Shown: positions 32,049 through 42,481, numbered from the stretch's first letter. The stretch is DNA of 64,000 nucleotides from an uncultured Dehalococcoidia bacterium (GCA_964371355.1 CAYJMG010000004.1:62041-126040), one strand, 5' to 3'. The notes: generated from the letters alone by a model not told the origin. Numbers and translations: made by a program.

Positions 32049-33929
32049 ATGAAGCTGTATTTGGCGCCGTTGCCGCGGTCGGTCGAGGTCTCAGGCGGGA
32101 CGCATACGCTCGTGCGCGAGCGGGTGATCGTGCTGTACGGCGAGGCGCGCGCGGAGGTCGTGGCAGCGCAGCGGCTGCAAGTGGCGTTGGAGCGGTACGC
32201 GGGCGTACGGTGGGAGATCCGCACCGCTACGTCTGTCGCCGAGATGGAGGGCGTGGTCGCCGCCATCGACCATCGCGTCGAAAGGCGCGAGGGGTACCAC
32301 CTGACGATCGGCGACGAGCGGATCGGCCTGGTAGCACGGGACGGGGCAGGGCTGGCGCACGGGTTCTCGACGCTGGCGCAGCTCGTGCGGCAATGCGGGC
32401 GACGGCTGCCGCGGCTGCACATCGAGGACCATCCCGACTTCGCGCACCGGGGTGTCATGCTCGACATCTCGCGCGACAAGGTGCCGACGATAGCGACGCT
32501 GTACGGGCTCGTCGACATGCTGTCCGAGTGGAAAATCAACCAGCTCCAGCTCTACATGGAGCACACGTTCGCGTACCAGCGCCACCGGGCGGTGTGGAAG
32601 GACGCTTCGCCGCTGACGGGCGAGGAGGTGCTCGCGCTCGACGAGTATTGCCGCGATCGGCACGTGGAGCTTGTGCCGAACCAGAACAGCTTCGGTCACA
32701 TGGAGCGGTGGTTGATCCACAAGCCGTACTCGGAGCTGGCGGAGGTGGATGGCGGCATCGCGCTACCGCACGCGTCGATGCTGCTGACGAAGCGGCGGCG
32801 GTTCTCGACGACGCTGAACCCGCTCGACCCGCGGTCTTATGCGCTTGTGGAGGGGATGTATGAGGAGCTGCTGCCGCACTTCTCGAGCGCGAACTTCAAC
32901 GTGGGGTGCGACGAGACGTGGGAGCTGGGGCAGGGCCGGAGCAAGCCGGCGTGCGAGGAGCGCGGGAAGGGCCGCGTGTACCTGGACTGGCTGATGGGCC
33001 TGTACGCACTGTGCGAGAGGAATGGCCGGCGAATGATGTTCTGGGGGGACATCATCAAGCAGCATCCGGAGCTGATCTCGGAGATCCCGCGCGACGTGAC
33101 CGCCCTGGCGTGGGGCTACGAGCACGATCATCCATTTGACGCCGACGGGCTTGCGTATCGCAAGGTGCGGCGGCCGTTCTACGTGTGCCCGGGCGCGGGC
33201 GGGTGGAACTCGTTCCTGGGCCGGACGGACAACATGGTCGCGAACATCACGAACGCGACGGCGAACGGGCTGAAGCACGGCGCGACGGGCGTGCTGACAA
33301 CGGAGTGGGGCGACGGCGGCCACATGCAGCCGGCGCCGGTCGCCTGGGTGGGGTTCCTGTTCGGGGCGGCGATGTCGTGGTCGCACGTGGCGAGCGGCGG
33401 CATGGATCTGGCGCGAACGCTGAGCCTGCATGCGTTCGACGACCCGTCGGGGGAGACCGGCCGGGTCGCGTGCGAGTTGGGGAATGCCTACACGATCAAC
33501 GGCGCGAAGACGCGGAACGGGTCGTTGCTGCAGCAGTCGTACTTCCTGCCGTTGGACGGCGACTGGCCGATGCAACGTGTACGCGCCGACGGCTTCGAGG
33601 AGACCTCGGAAGCGCTGGGGGCGTTGGCCGGGCGGCTGGACGCATCGCGGATGCGGCGGGAAGACGCGGCGCTCATCGTCGCTGAGTACCGGACGGCGGT
33701 CGAGTTGGCGGATATTGGCGCGGCGATCGGGTCGGCGAAGTATGTGCGGGCGAACGGGACATCGGCGGCGAAGCGGCGGCCGCGGTGGCGGCGGATCGCG
33801 CGGCGGCTGGAGGCAGTGGTACCGGAGTACGAGCGTGGGTGGCTGGCGCGGAACCGTGTCGGGGGGATGGGGGACAGCGTGTGGCGGATCCGGGAGCTAG
33901 CGCGGCGAGTGGGGGCGGTCAGCCGGTGA
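32049..33929 (+). CDS. glycoside hydrolase family 20 (beta-N-acetylhexosaminidase-like)
   Basis: IEDHPDFAHRGVMLDISR, NSFGHM, NVGCDE catalytic pair, MFWGD, TEWGDGGH. Confidence 0.85.
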   Translation: MKLYLAPLPRSVEVSGGTHTLVRERVIVLYGEARAEVVAAQRLQVALERYAGVRWEIRTATSVAEMEGVVAAIDHRVERREGYHLTIGDERIGLVARDGAGLAHGFSTLAQLVRQCGRRLPRLHIEDHPDFAHRGVMLDISRDKVPTIATLYGLVDMLSEWKINQLQLYMEHTFAYQRHRAVWKDASPLTGEEVLALDEYCRDRHVELVPNQNSFGHMERWLIHKPYSELAEVDGGIALPHASMLLTKRRRFSTTLNPLDPRSYALVEGMYEELLPHFSSANFNVGCDETWELGQGRSKPACEERGKGRVYLDWLMGLYALCERNGRRMMFWGDIIKQHPELISEIPRDVTALAWGYEHDHPFDADGLAYRKVRRPFYVCPGAGGWNSFLGRTDNMVANITNATANGLKHGATGVLTTEWGDGGHMQPAPVAWVGFLFGAAMSWSHVASGGMDLARTLSLHAFDDPSGETGRVACELGNAYTINGAKTRNGSLLQQSYFLPLDGDWPMQRVRADGFEETSEALGALAGRLDASRMRREDAALIVAEYRTAVELADIGAAIGSAKYVRANGTSAAKRRPRWRRIARRLEAVVPEYERGWLARNRVGGMGDSVWRIRELARRVGAVSR

Positions 33930-34377
33930 TGGTGAAGGCGCCGGCTGGGCCGTCGTAGTTGAGCTGCCAATTGGCAAGAACCGCTCGACCAATGATCGCG
34001 ATCACACCGAGGCGGAGGATGTCCAGAGCCACGAAGTCGCCGCGTGTGAACGACTGAAGCCCCGTGCCCGGGAATGCGATCTGCGCCGGATATGTTATGC
34101 CCGTGACGACGCCCGATACCGAAGCTACGTTCTCGGAGCCCCGCGCAGGAAGTTGAAGTTGATCCACGAGCGTCCGGTCTATGGCGGACAGCGACGCACC
34201 TGTGTCGATCAAAGCTTCGCCGAACAGCGTTGCCGGAGGGGTCTTGCCCTGGATCCGCAACGTACGCAGCCAAGCGTCCGGCAGGCCGACCGCGATGGGA
34301 ACGCACGGCCCTATGCGCACAAGCTTCGCGCGGGAAGCTTCGGGGCTCTCGCCTGAAGCCCGTCTATATGTTGCCAT
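33919..34377 (-). CDS. retropepsin-like (clan AA) aspartic protease
   Basis: ALIDTGAS and IIGR motifs, 152 aa single lobe. Confidence 0.82.
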   Translation of the reverse strand: MATYRRASGESPEASRAKLVRIGPCVPIAVGLPDAWLRTLRIQGKTPPATLFGEALIDTGASLSAIDRTLVDQLQLPARGSENVASVSGVVTGITYPAQIAFPGTGLQSFTRGDFVALDILRLGVIAIIGRAVLANWQLNYDGPAGAFTITG

Positions 34378-34624
34378 TAAGAGACAGCGGGAGAAGCTGA
34401 GGAAGCGTGTGCACAGGCTCTTCCTCGAGGATCTGCTTGATGAGGCAGGGCTCCATTCCCACGTGCTGAACGCTGTGCTCGAAGGCCGCATCCCAACTAT
34501 CGAAGAAGCCTAGGACGCAAGTGTCCTTGATCAGCACGTACTGACCGCCGTGATCACGTATGAACTCCGCCTTGTGCTCACGAAACCAGCGGACTTCTTC
34601 GTCTAGACGGATGGCTGTCGTCAT
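34364..34624 (-). CDS. small DUF5678-like protein
   Basis: WFREHKAEFIRDHGGQYVLIK...VLGFFDS pattern; overlaps the protease start by 14 bp; TAGAAT 6 nt upstream. Confidence 0.7.
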   Translation of the reverse strand: MTTAIRLDEEVRWFREHKAEFIRDHGGQYVLIKDTCVLGFFDSWDAAFEHSVQHVGMEPCLIKQILEEEPVHTLPQLLPLSLNGNI

Positions 34625-34656
34625 GGTCGAATTCTATCGGAAACGTCTCCGGCGGG

Positions 34657-35151
34657 TTAGATGTGGCAGGTGGCGAGGCCGCGCTTTTCGAGGTACTGCT
34701 GGTGGTACTCCTCCGCCTTCCAGAAGATGCTCGCGGGCGTGATCTCGGTGACGATGGGCCGGCGGTAGGCGCCGGACTGTTCCCGCCGGCCCTTCGACGC
34801 TGTGGCGAGAGCCTGCTGTTCGGGTGAGTGGTAGAAGATGACGGTGCGGTACTGGTCGCCGACGTCGGGGCCTTGGCGGTTGAGCTGCGTCGGGTCGTGG
34901 TTGTCCCAGAACACGTCGAGGAGGTCCTCATACGAGACCTGCGCCGGGTCGAACTCGATCTGCACGGCCTCGGCGTGGCCCGTGTCGCGGTAGCAGACGT
35001 CCTCGTAGGACGGGTTGTCGCGCGCGCCGCCCATGAAGCCGACAGCGGTCGCTTTGACGCCCTGTATCTGGCGGAACGCGGCCTCGACACCCCAGAAGCA
35101 GCCGGCGGCGAACGTTGCGGTCTCGATGACGGTGGTCGTGTCGTCGGTCAT
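34657..35151 (-). CDS. msrA: peptide-methionine (S)-S-oxide reductase
   Basis: [36 protein letters not shown]. Confidence 0.96.
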   Translation of the reverse strand: MTDDTTTVIETATFAAGCFWGVEAAFRQIQGVKATAVGFMGGARDNPSYEDVCYRDTGHAEAVQIEFDPAQVSYEDLLDVFWDNHDPTQLNRQGPDVGDQYRTVIFYHSPEQQALATASKGRREQSGAYRRPIVTEITPASIFWKAEEYHQQYLEKRGLATCHI

Positions 35152-35329
35152 GGCGGGCGGATCCTTTCGTGTACATCTTATCGTGCCCCAGGGGACGCCA
35201 GCGTTACGACCGCTTGTTGGCGGGGACGAGGATGGACGCGTCGGACACGCCGCGGCGTGTCCCCACCAGCGTTTGGTGCCGATTGGCGGGGTTGCAGACC
35301 ACTCGTCGGATCTACACTGGCGTTGGACT

Positions 35330-35785
35330 ATGGAATACCTGATCGAGCTGCAACACGAAGTGGAGACGGACGGGATCGACGCGCAGGCGCTCGAGCGGGC
35401 GGCGGCGCACGCGCTCCACCTGGAGCACGTGAAGACGCCAGCCGAGCTGAGCGTGCTGTTGGCGGATGACTCCGCGGTGCAGGAGCTGAACCGGCAGTAC
35501 CGGCACACGGACGCGCCCACGGACGTGCTGTCGTTCTCGCAGGCGGAGGGGGAGGAGTTCGCGCTGCCGGACGGCGAGACGCCACACCTGGGCGACGTCG
35601 TGATCTCGGTGGAGACGGCGCGGCGGCAGGCGGTGGAGTATGGCGTGCCGCTACAGGACGAGCTGGCGCACCTGGTGGTGCACGGGATCCTGCACCTGCT
35701 GGGGTACGACCACGAGGACGCGGACGACGAGGCGGTGATGCGCGCTCACGAGGACGCCGTGCTTGGCGGCGCGCATCATCACTGA
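35330..35785 (+). CDS. ybeY: rRNA maturation endoribonuclease YbeY
   Basis: [24 protein letters not shown]. Confidence 0.96.
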   Translation: MEYLIELQHEVETDGIDAQALERAAAHALHLEHVKTPAELSVLLADDSAVQELNRQYRHTDAPTDVLSFSQAEGEEFALPDGETPHLGDVVISVETARRQAVEYGVPLQDELAHLVVHGILHLLGYDHEDADDEAVMRAHEDAVLGGAHHH

Positions 35786-35813
35786 GAGGTGAGACGCTGG
35801 AAGTGAGAGCAAA

Positions 35814-35841
35814 GAAGGGGCCGGATCAGATCCGGCCCTTC
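35814..35841. terminator. hairpin between convergent genes
   Basis: GGGCCGGAT-cag-ATCCGGCCC, A-rich on the left flank. Confidence 0.6.
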
Positions 35842-35843
35842 AT

Positions 35844-36218
35844 CTACTCTCTCGCCGTGCGCGGCGATAGCAAGCCGACGTTTTGGGCGGCGAAGTCGCC
35901 GATGACGGGGATGCGCCACTCGTTGCCCTGGTACGCCTGGTACATGCACCATACGGCGAGGGCGAAGAAGCCGAGGCCGAGGATGACGCCGGCAGGCATC
36001 ACGAGGAAGTACAGCGGCGTCAGCAGGACGATGCCAACGACCATGACGCAGAGCGACTGGACGGCGTGGAAGCGGACGAACTTGTTCTCCTTCTCGGTGA
36101 CGAAGAAATAGAGGGACGCTATGAGCCCTACGAAGAAGATCGGGGTGTAGCAGAGCATTCCCGCGACGTTGGGCTGCATGCCGCTCTTGGTGGTGCCGAG
36201 GTTGTTGGCGTCTTGCAT
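35844..36218 (-). CDS. DUF4870/Tic20-like small membrane protein
   Basis: NVAGMLCY, EKENKFVRFHAVQS, AYQG.EWRIPVIG. Confidence 0.82.
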   Translation of the reverse strand: MQDANNLGTTKSGMQPNVAGMLCYTPIFFVGLIASLYFFVTEKENKFVRFHAVQSLCVMVVGIVLLTPLYFLVMPAGVILGLGFFALAVWCMYQAYQGNEWRIPVIGDFAAQNVGLLSPRTARE

Positions 36219-36412
36219 GGCAGGCGTTCCTTTCTGTGTGTGGCATTAAGAGTATCGGCATCGCGGATCGCTGTGTGAGCAGGTTGCCGTTATGTCGCTG
36301 AACAGCCCCGGGAGGCGCTTGGGGACGCGAGACGGGTCTGCCTTCCGCGACTACTCTCGGAAAGACCTGACGGTACGAGGATCTCGCGTCCGGCGGGCCA
36401 GCCTGGTGCGAC

Positions 36413-37897
36413 CTAGGCGAAGACGTTGACGGCGCGCTGGGCGGCTTCGATGAGGGGGATGGGGTACACGCCGAAGGCCAGGACGCCGGCGGCGGCAAGC
36501 ACGAGGATGCCCTGCGAGAAGAGCGGCGTCGGGACCTCGGCGCGATCCTCGGCCTCGGAGAGGAACATCTGGCGGGCGACGCCCATGTAGTAGTAGGCGG
36601 AGACGACGGTGTTCAGGACGGCCACGACGACGAGCCAGACGAGATCGGACTGGACGGCGGCGTTGAAGATGTAGATCTTCGCGATGAAGCCGGCCGTGGG
36701 CGGGAGGCCGGTGAGTGAGAGCAAGCAGAACAGCAGCACCCACGCCGGAACGGGAGCGCGGCGCACCATACCGCCGTAGTCTTCGATCTCGTCGCTGCCC
36801 GTCTTGTTCGAGATGGCCATGACGGCGAAGAAGGCGCCCAGGTTGGTGAAGGCGTAGGTGGCCAGGAAGAAGACGACCCCGCTGGCCCCGAGCTGCGAAT
36901 CGCCGTCCGTGGTGGCGGAGATGGCGGCGAGTCCGACGAGGAAGTTGCCAGCCTGGGCGATCGAGCTGTAGCCGAGCAGACGGCGGATGTTGGTCTGCCG
37001 GATGGCCATGACGTTGCCGACGGTCATCGAGACGGCGGCGAGTACCGCGAAGAGCATCTTCCAGTCGTTGCCGACGAAGGTGTCGGGGCCGAAGCCCTCG
37101 AAGAAGATGCGCATGACGACGGCGAACGCGGCGGCCTTGCTGCCCACGGAGAGGAAGGCGGCGACGGGCGTGGGCGCGCCCTGGTAGACGTCCGGCGTCC
37201 ACATCTGGAAGGGGACGATGGCCATCTTGAAGCCGAAGCCGGCCGCCAGAAAGACCATGCTAACGATGAGGGCCGAGCGCATTCCCTCATCCCCGGAGGC
37301 GATGGCGGTGGCGATGGAGGGCGAGCCGTCGGTGGTGACGAGGCGGGTAGTGCCGGAGATGCCGAACAGGAAGGCCATGCCGTACAGGATGACGGCGGAC
37401 GAGACGGCGCCGAGCAGGAGGTACTTCAGCGCGGCTTCGCTGCCCTTATCATCGCGGAGGAAGCCCGCGAGGACGAACTGCGTGATGCTGGTGAGTTCGA
37501 GCGCGACGAAGATAGCGACGAGGTCGCGGGCGCCGGAGAGCAGCATCATGCCGGAGGTGGCGATGAGGATCAGGGCGATGAACTCGCCCTGGCGGTCGCC
37601 GAAGCGGCCCAGGTAGTCCCACGAGGCGATGATGACGGCTCCCGAGACGCCGATGAAGAGGAAGGTGAAGAAGATGCTGAAGTTGTCGAGCGCCATGGAG
37701 TCGCTGAAGAACGACGCCTCGCGGTCGCGGAGGATGAGCATCACCAGCCACGTCGCGGCGACGCCGAGGCCGGTGATGGCGATGGCAGTGAGCACCCGGC
37801 GATCCTCCCGCCGCATGACCATGTCGACGAGGAAGATGAGGCCGGCGGTGACCATGACGGCGAGGACAGGGCCGAGGCGGTCGAGATCCTGCAGCAT
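36413..37897 (-). CDS. nuoN: NADH-quinone oxidoreductase subunit N
   Basis: SEAALKYLLLG, GFKMAIVPFQMWTPDVYQGAPTP, RLLGYSSIAQAG. Confidence 0.95.
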   Translation of the reverse strand: MLQDLDRLGPVLAVMVTAGLIFLVDMVMRREDRRVLTAIAITGLGVAATWLVMLILRDREASFFSDSMALDNFSIFFTFLFIGVSGAVIIASWDYLGRFGDRQGEFIALILIATSGMMLLSGARDLVAIFVALELTSITQFVLAGFLRDDKGSEAALKYLLLGAVSSAVILYGMAFLFGISGTTRLVTTDGSPSIATAIASGDEGMRSALIVSMVFLAAGFGFKMAIVPFQMWTPDVYQGAPTPVAAFLSVGSKAAAFAVVMRIFFEGFGPDTFVGNDWKMLFAVLAAVSMTVGNVMAIRQTNIRRLLGYSSIAQAGNFLVGLAAISATTDGDSQLGASGVVFFLATYAFTNLGAFFAVMAISNKTGSDEIEDYGGMVRRAPVPAWVLLFCLLSLTGLPPTAGFIAKIYIFNAAVQSDLVWLVVVAVLNTVVSAYYYMGVARQMFLSEAEDRAEVPTPLFSQGILVLAAAGVLAFGVYPIPLIEAAQRAVNVFA

Positions 37898-39396
37898 CAG
37901 CTCAGCGCCCCCACAATGTTGATGATGCCGGTGTCGAGGAGGTCGACGACGAGCGCCGGGTAGACGCCGACGGCGATGATGACGGCGACGAGCGCGGCCA
38001 TGGGGAGCTGCTCCCACCAGTTGTTGGCGTCGGGCAGCGACGCCCATCGCTCGTTTTTCGGCCCGAAGAAGACGCGCTGGACCATCCAGGTGATGTAGCC
38101 GGCGGCGAGCAGGATCCCGATGACGGAGATGATCGTCGGGGCGGTGTACTTGTCGAAGCTGCCGAGGAACACCATCATCTCGGCGACAAAGCCGGACATC
38201 GCGGGCAGCCCGAGCGAGGCAAGGCCGGCAACGATCGTAACCGTCGCGGCGAGCGGCATGGTGTGCGCGAGACCGGAGAGCTGGTCGATATCGCGCGTGT
38301 GGGTGCGGTCGTAGATGATGCCGACCATGACGAACAGCAGGCCAGTGATGGTGCCGTGCGTGAACATCTGGAGGGCGGCGCCGTTCAAGCTGAGATGGCC
38401 GAGGGCGGAGATGCCGAGCAGCACGTAGCCCATGTGGCTGACAGAGGAATAGGCGACCAGCCGCTTCAAATCTTTCTGCCGCAACGTGAGCAGGGCGCCG
38501 TAGATAACGCTGATGGCCGCCAGCGTTGCGAGCCAGACGCCGTAGTCCTCGGCCGTGCGCGGCATGAGTGTGATGAGGATGCGGAGGATGCCGTAGCCGC
38601 CCATCTTCAACAGGACGCCGGCAAGGATAACGGAGACGGCGGTCGGAGCGTCCGTATGAGCATCGGGCAGCCAAGTGTGCAGCGGGAACATCGGCAGCTT
38701 GACGGCGAACGCGATGAAGATGAAGCCGAAGATGACCCAGAGCGGCAACAGCGTGTCCGTGATGGTGCTCTGCTGGAGCGCGACCATGTCGAAGGTGGGC
38801 GTGGGTTCGGCGCTGAAGCCCATCACCAGGAAACCGACGAGCATGAAAGCGGAGCCGGCCACCGTGTAGAGCAGGAACTTCATCGCGGAGTACTCTTTGC
38901 GGCCGCTGCCCCAGACGGAGATGAGCATGTACATGGGCAGCAGCTCGACCTCCCAGAATAGGAAGAACATGATGAGGTCGAGTGAGGTGAACACGCCCAG
39001 GACGCCGGTCTCGAGCGCAAGCAGCCAGATGAAGTACTCCTTCGTCCGCAGCTTCACGCCGAACGAGATGAGCGTGGCGATGACGAAGAGGAACGTCGTG
39101 AGGAAGACCATCGTAATGCCGAGGCCGTCGACGCCCATGTGGAACTGCACGTCGAAGCCGGCGGTGGCGGCGTCGATCCAGGTGGCCTGCGAATCGAACT
39201 GGAAGGCGTCGGCGCCTGCAACGCCGGGGCTGCGGTCGAACCCGAGCAACAGGATGAGCGACGTGATGAAGGTGGTCAGCGTCGCGACAAGCGCGAGCCA
39301 CTTCGCCTGGTCCTGGCTCTCGCGCTGGGCCGTCAGCGCGATCACGGCCGCGGCCACGGCGGGGAAGAAGACGGTGAAGACGAGGACTCCGCTCAT
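37897..39396 (-). CDS. nuoM: NADH-quinone oxidoreductase subunit M
   Basis: FFLFWEVELLPMY, VKLPMFPLHTWLPDAHTDAPT, LKMGGYG, YSSVSHMG. Confidence 0.95.
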   Translation of the reverse strand: MSGVLVFTVFFPAVAAAVIALTAQRESQDQAKWLALVATLTTFITSLILLLGFDRSPGVAGADAFQFDSQATWIDAATAGFDVQFHMGVDGLGITMVFLTTFLFVIATLISFGVKLRTKEYFIWLLALETGVLGVFTSLDLIMFFLFWEVELLPMYMLISVWGSGRKEYSAMKFLLYTVAGSAFMLVGFLVMGFSAEPTPTFDMVALQQSTITDTLLPLWVIFGFIFIAFAVKLPMFPLHTWLPDAHTDAPTAVSVILAGVLLKMGGYGILRILITLMPRTAEDYGVWLATLAAISVIYGALLTLRQKDLKRLVAYSSVSHMGYVLLGISALGHLSLNGAALQMFTHGTITGLLFVMVGIIYDRTHTRDIDQLSGLAHTMPLAATVTIVAGLASLGLPAMSGFVAEMMVFLGSFDKYTAPTIISVIGILLAAGYITWMVQRVFFGPKNERWASLPDANNWWEQLPMAALVAVIIAVGVYPALVVDLLDTGIINIVGALS

Positions 39397-39398
39397 CG

Positions 39399-41372
39399 CT
39401 ACCGCCCCTCGATCAGCACGAGCATCAGGAACGATGCAACGATGAGGCCGGCGAAACCGACGGTGCCGTAGGCCTGCACCGAGCCGGACTGCACCCAGCG
39501 GAGGCGGTCGCCGGCCCAACGGCTGACCTGGCCGGAGCCGTTGACCGCGAAGTCGATGATGTTGGTGTCGACCCACTGCAGGACGCGGCAGACGTTGCCG
39601 TACAGCAGATCGCGCACGATGACGTTCTCGTACAGCTCGTCCATGTAGTACTTGCGGGCGACCAGCGTGTGGACAGGCCCCCAGATCTTCTGCAGCGACT
39701 CGGACGACACGACCTTCGCCTGGTAGATGGCGTAGGCGAGCGCGATCCCGGCGCCTCCCAGGGCGAGCGAGCCCAGGGCGATGGCGAGGTTGAACTCCTC
39801 GTGGTGCAGCGCCTCGGCCGAGGACTCGGGGAGGGCCCCCTCAAGGATATGGGCGAGGCCGTCGGCGGAGCCGAAGGGAAGGTTCACAAAGCCGGCGGCG
39901 AACGCCGGGACGGCGAGGACGAGCAGCGGCAGGGCCATCACCCAACCAGACTCGTGCGGCATACCGTGGCCGCCGCCATGCGCTCCATGCTCGGGCTCTT
40001 CGCCACCCTTGTAGTCGCCCTCGAAGGTGAGGAAGACGGCGCGGAAGGAGTAGAAGGCGGTCATGAAGACGACGGCCATGGCGACGACGAAGAGCAGCTT
40101 GTCGTCGGTCCAGGCGGCGCCCAGGATCTCGTCCTTCGACCAGAAGCCGGCGAAGGGAAAGATACCGGCCAGGCTGAGCGAGCCGACGGCGAAGGTTGCG
40201 TAGGTGATGGGCATGTACTTCCGCAGGCCGCCCATCTTCCGCATGTCGAACGTGTTGGTGGCGTGATTCACCGAGCCGGAGCCGAGGAAGAGGAGCGCTT
40301 TGAAAAACGCGTGCGTGAACAGGTGGAAGATGGCGGCGATGTACCCGCCCACGCCGAGCGCCAGCATCATGTAGCCGAGCTGCGAGAGAGTGGAATACGC
40401 AAGCACGCGCTTGATGTCCGTCATGACGATGCCCATCGAGGCGGCGAAGATGGCGGTGAAGCCGCCGACGTAGGCGACCGTCGTCATGGCCTCGTCCGAC
40501 GCCTGAAAGACGGGAAACATGCGGGCGACCAGGTAGACGCCGGCGGCGACCATGGTGGCGGCGTGGATGAGGGCGGAGACGGGCGTCGGGCCCTCCATGG
40601 CGTCGGGGAGCCAGACGTGCAGCGGAAACTGGGCCGACTTGCCGACGGCGCCGGCAAAGACGCAGAGTGCGAACAGCGTGATGACGCCGTCGCTGAGGCC
40701 GCCGTGCTGGGCCAGCTCCTGGATGAGCGGGATGTTGAAGGTGTCCGCCTTCGTGAAGATGAGCAGTATGCCGATCGCGAAGCCCACGTCGCCCAGGCGG
40801 GTCGTGAGGAAGGCCTTCTTCGCCGCGTCGCCCGCGGACTTCTTATGGAACCAGAAGCCAATCAGCAGGTACGAGCCGAGGCCCACAAGCTCCCAGAACA
40901 CGTAGACGATGAGGATGCTGTCGACGATCACGAGGCCGAGCATGGCGGCGGTGAAGAGCGACATCCACATGAAGTAGCGGGAGTAGCCGGTGTCGCCCTC
41001 CATGTAGCCCTGGGAGTAGACCTGCACGAGGAGCGAGACGGACGTGACGACGACGAGCATGATGGCGCTGAGGCCGTCGATGCGGAGGCCGACGTCGACG
41101 TGGAGGCTGGGTCCGCCGGCCTGCTGGAGCAGGACATTGTCGGTGCTGATCTTCAACCACTCGTGAGCGCCGAAACCGAGCGCGTGGCCGTCGTTGGCGA
41201 TAACGCTGTCGAGCGCCCAGAGCGAGAGGGCGAAGGCGGCGCCGATGGCGGCAATGGTGACATATCCCGACAGCTTCGGATACGGGCGGGTAACGGACGC
41301 AATGGTCAGGAGCGACGCCACCGGCAGGAGGAAGATCGCCCAGACGGCTGCCTCGGGGATTTCGGGTAGCAC
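39399..41372 (-). CDS. nuoL: NADH-quinone oxidoreductase subunit L
   Basis: GKSAQFPLHVWLPDAMEGPTPVSALIHAATMV, HAFFKALLFL. Confidence 0.96.
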   Translation of the reverse strand: MLPEIPEAAVWAIFLLPVASLLTIASVTRPYPKLSGYVTIAAIGAAFALSLWALDSVIANDGHALGFGAHEWLKISTDNVLLQQAGGPSLHVDVGLRIDGLSAIMLVVVTSVSLLVQVYSQGYMEGDTGYSRYFMWMSLFTAAMLGLVIVDSILIVYVFWELVGLGSYLLIGFWFHKKSAGDAAKKAFLTTRLGDVGFAIGILLIFTKADTFNIPLIQELAQHGGLSDGVITLFALCVFAGAVGKSAQFPLHVWLPDAMEGPTPVSALIHAATMVAAGVYLVARMFPVFQASDEAMTTVAYVGGFTAIFAASMGIVMTDIKRVLAYSTLSQLGYMMLALGVGGYIAAIFHLFTHAFFKALLFLGSGSVNHATNTFDMRKMGGLRKYMPITYATFAVGSLSLAGIFPFAGFWSKDEILGAAWTDDKLLFVVAMAVVFMTAFYSFRAVFLTFEGDYKGGEEPEHGAHGGGHGMPHESGWVMALPLLVLAVPAFAAGFVNLPFGSADGLAHILEGALPESSAEALHHEEFNLAIALGSLALGGAGIALAYAIYQAKVVSSESLQKIWGPVHTLVARKYYMDELYENVIVRDLLYGNVCRVLQWVDTNIIDFAVNGSGQVSRWAGDRLRWVQSGSVQAYGTVGFAGLIVASFLMLVLIEGR

Positions 41373-41564
41373 CTAGATTTTCCTCATGATTTCCTGCGCT
41401 ACGTGGGTCTTGCTATCGGGCACCCAGATCTCGCGAGGCTGGGACATGGGGGCGTCGGACTGGAGGGGTGGGACGACGCGGTTCGACACGCCCTCGGCGT
41501 CGAAGAGTTCCTTCCACACCTCGGCGGCGTACCCGTTCTTCACGTCCATAAGCTTTGACCACAT
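41373..41564 (-). CDS. small DUF2007-like protein inside the nuo operon
   Basis: W..L....N...AE..K.L...EG......EIWVP....A.EI pattern; stop abuts the nuoL GTG. Confidence 0.65.
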   Translation of the reverse strand: MWSKLMDVKNGYAAEVWKELFDAEGVSNRVVPPLQSDAPMSQPREIWVPDSKTHVAQEIMRKI

Positions 41565-41645
41565 GGGCTGGTCGTTGGGCGTTAGGCGTTGGGCGTCAGG
41601 GGGACGGCCCCTAACGACTACCGACTAACGACCAACTCCCCTCCT

Positions 41646-41981
41646 TTACCATCTCAACAGATCGATCTCGTCGATGTTTACGGTCTCCCGGTGCTTGTAG
41701 ATAGCCACGGCCAGGGCCAGGGCGACGGCGGCCTCGGCGGCGGCGACGGTGACGATGAAGACGGCGAACACCTGGCCATCGAGCGGCTGTTCCGACTCGA
41801 TGAAGCGGGAGAACGCGAGCAGGGTGACGTTGACGGCGTTCAGCATCAGCTCGATGCCCATCAGGACGCCGATGGCGTTGCGCTTCGAGAGCGCGACGTA
41901 CAGACCGATGGCGAACAGGATCGCGCCGACGACGAGCACTTCCTCGAGGTGCAACGTGAGAGCGAGGAGCGGAGCGGTCAT
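41646..41981 (-). CDS. nuoK: NADH-quinone oxidoreductase subunit K
   Basis: LMGIELMLNAVN, GQVFAVF, VAAAEAAV. Confidence 0.95.
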   Translation of the reverse strand: MTAPLLALTLHLEEVLVVGAILFAIGLYVALSKRNAIGVLMGIELMLNAVNVTLLAFSRFIESEQPLDGQVFAVFIVTVAAAEAAVALALAVAIYKHRETVNIDEIDLLRW

Positions 41982-42481
41982 TCGGGCTCCTCCTCTTTCG
42001 TCAGGACGATGGCGCCGATCATCGCGACCATGAGCAGGACGGAGGCGACCTCGAACGGGACGACGTAGGGCTTGAGGAAGGCCTCGCCGAGCGAGGCGGC
42101 GGTGGCACTGAAGGCGCCGCGGTCTGAGATGGCCCAGTCAGTATCGAGCGTGACGAAGACGACGACAGCGAGCACGAGACCGGCCAGCACCAGCGCGGGC
42201 ACCTGGAACACGGTTTCGGAGTTCTGGCGGTCGGCGGCGGGGGTGAGCATGACGGCGAAGGTCATGAGCACGCTGACGGCGCCGGCGTAGATCAGCACCT
42301 GGACGACGGCTACGAAATCGGCGGAGAGCACGATGTACATGCCCGCCGCGCCCACGAAGGTGAGGGCGAGGAACAGCACCGCCTGGATCAGCTCGCGGAC
42401 GGCCGCGACCATCAGGGCGCAGCCGACGGTGGTGGCGGCGAGGAGCCAGAAGGCGATGACGATGCCGTTGTCGGCGATCAT
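41978..42481 (-). CDS. nuoJ: NADH-quinone oxidoreductase subunit J
   Basis: ADFVAVVQVLIYAGAVSVL, PFEVASVLL. Confidence 0.94.
   Translation of the reverse strand: MIADNGIVIAFWLLAATTVGCALMVAAVRELIQAVLFLALTFVGAAGMYIVLSADFVAVVQVLIYAGAVSVLMTFAVMLTPAADRQNSETVFQVPALVLAGLVLAVVVFVTLDTDWAISDRGAFSATAASLGEAFLKPYVVPFEVASVLLMVAMIGAIVLTKEEEPE

Noticed and set aside
36413-39301. 962-aa and 681-aa (43821-45866) apparent nuo fusion proteins in the ORF track
   Set aside because: The N-terminal extensions are off-frame overlaps of upstream nuo genes; real starts are 37897 (nuoN) and 44927 (nuoD)
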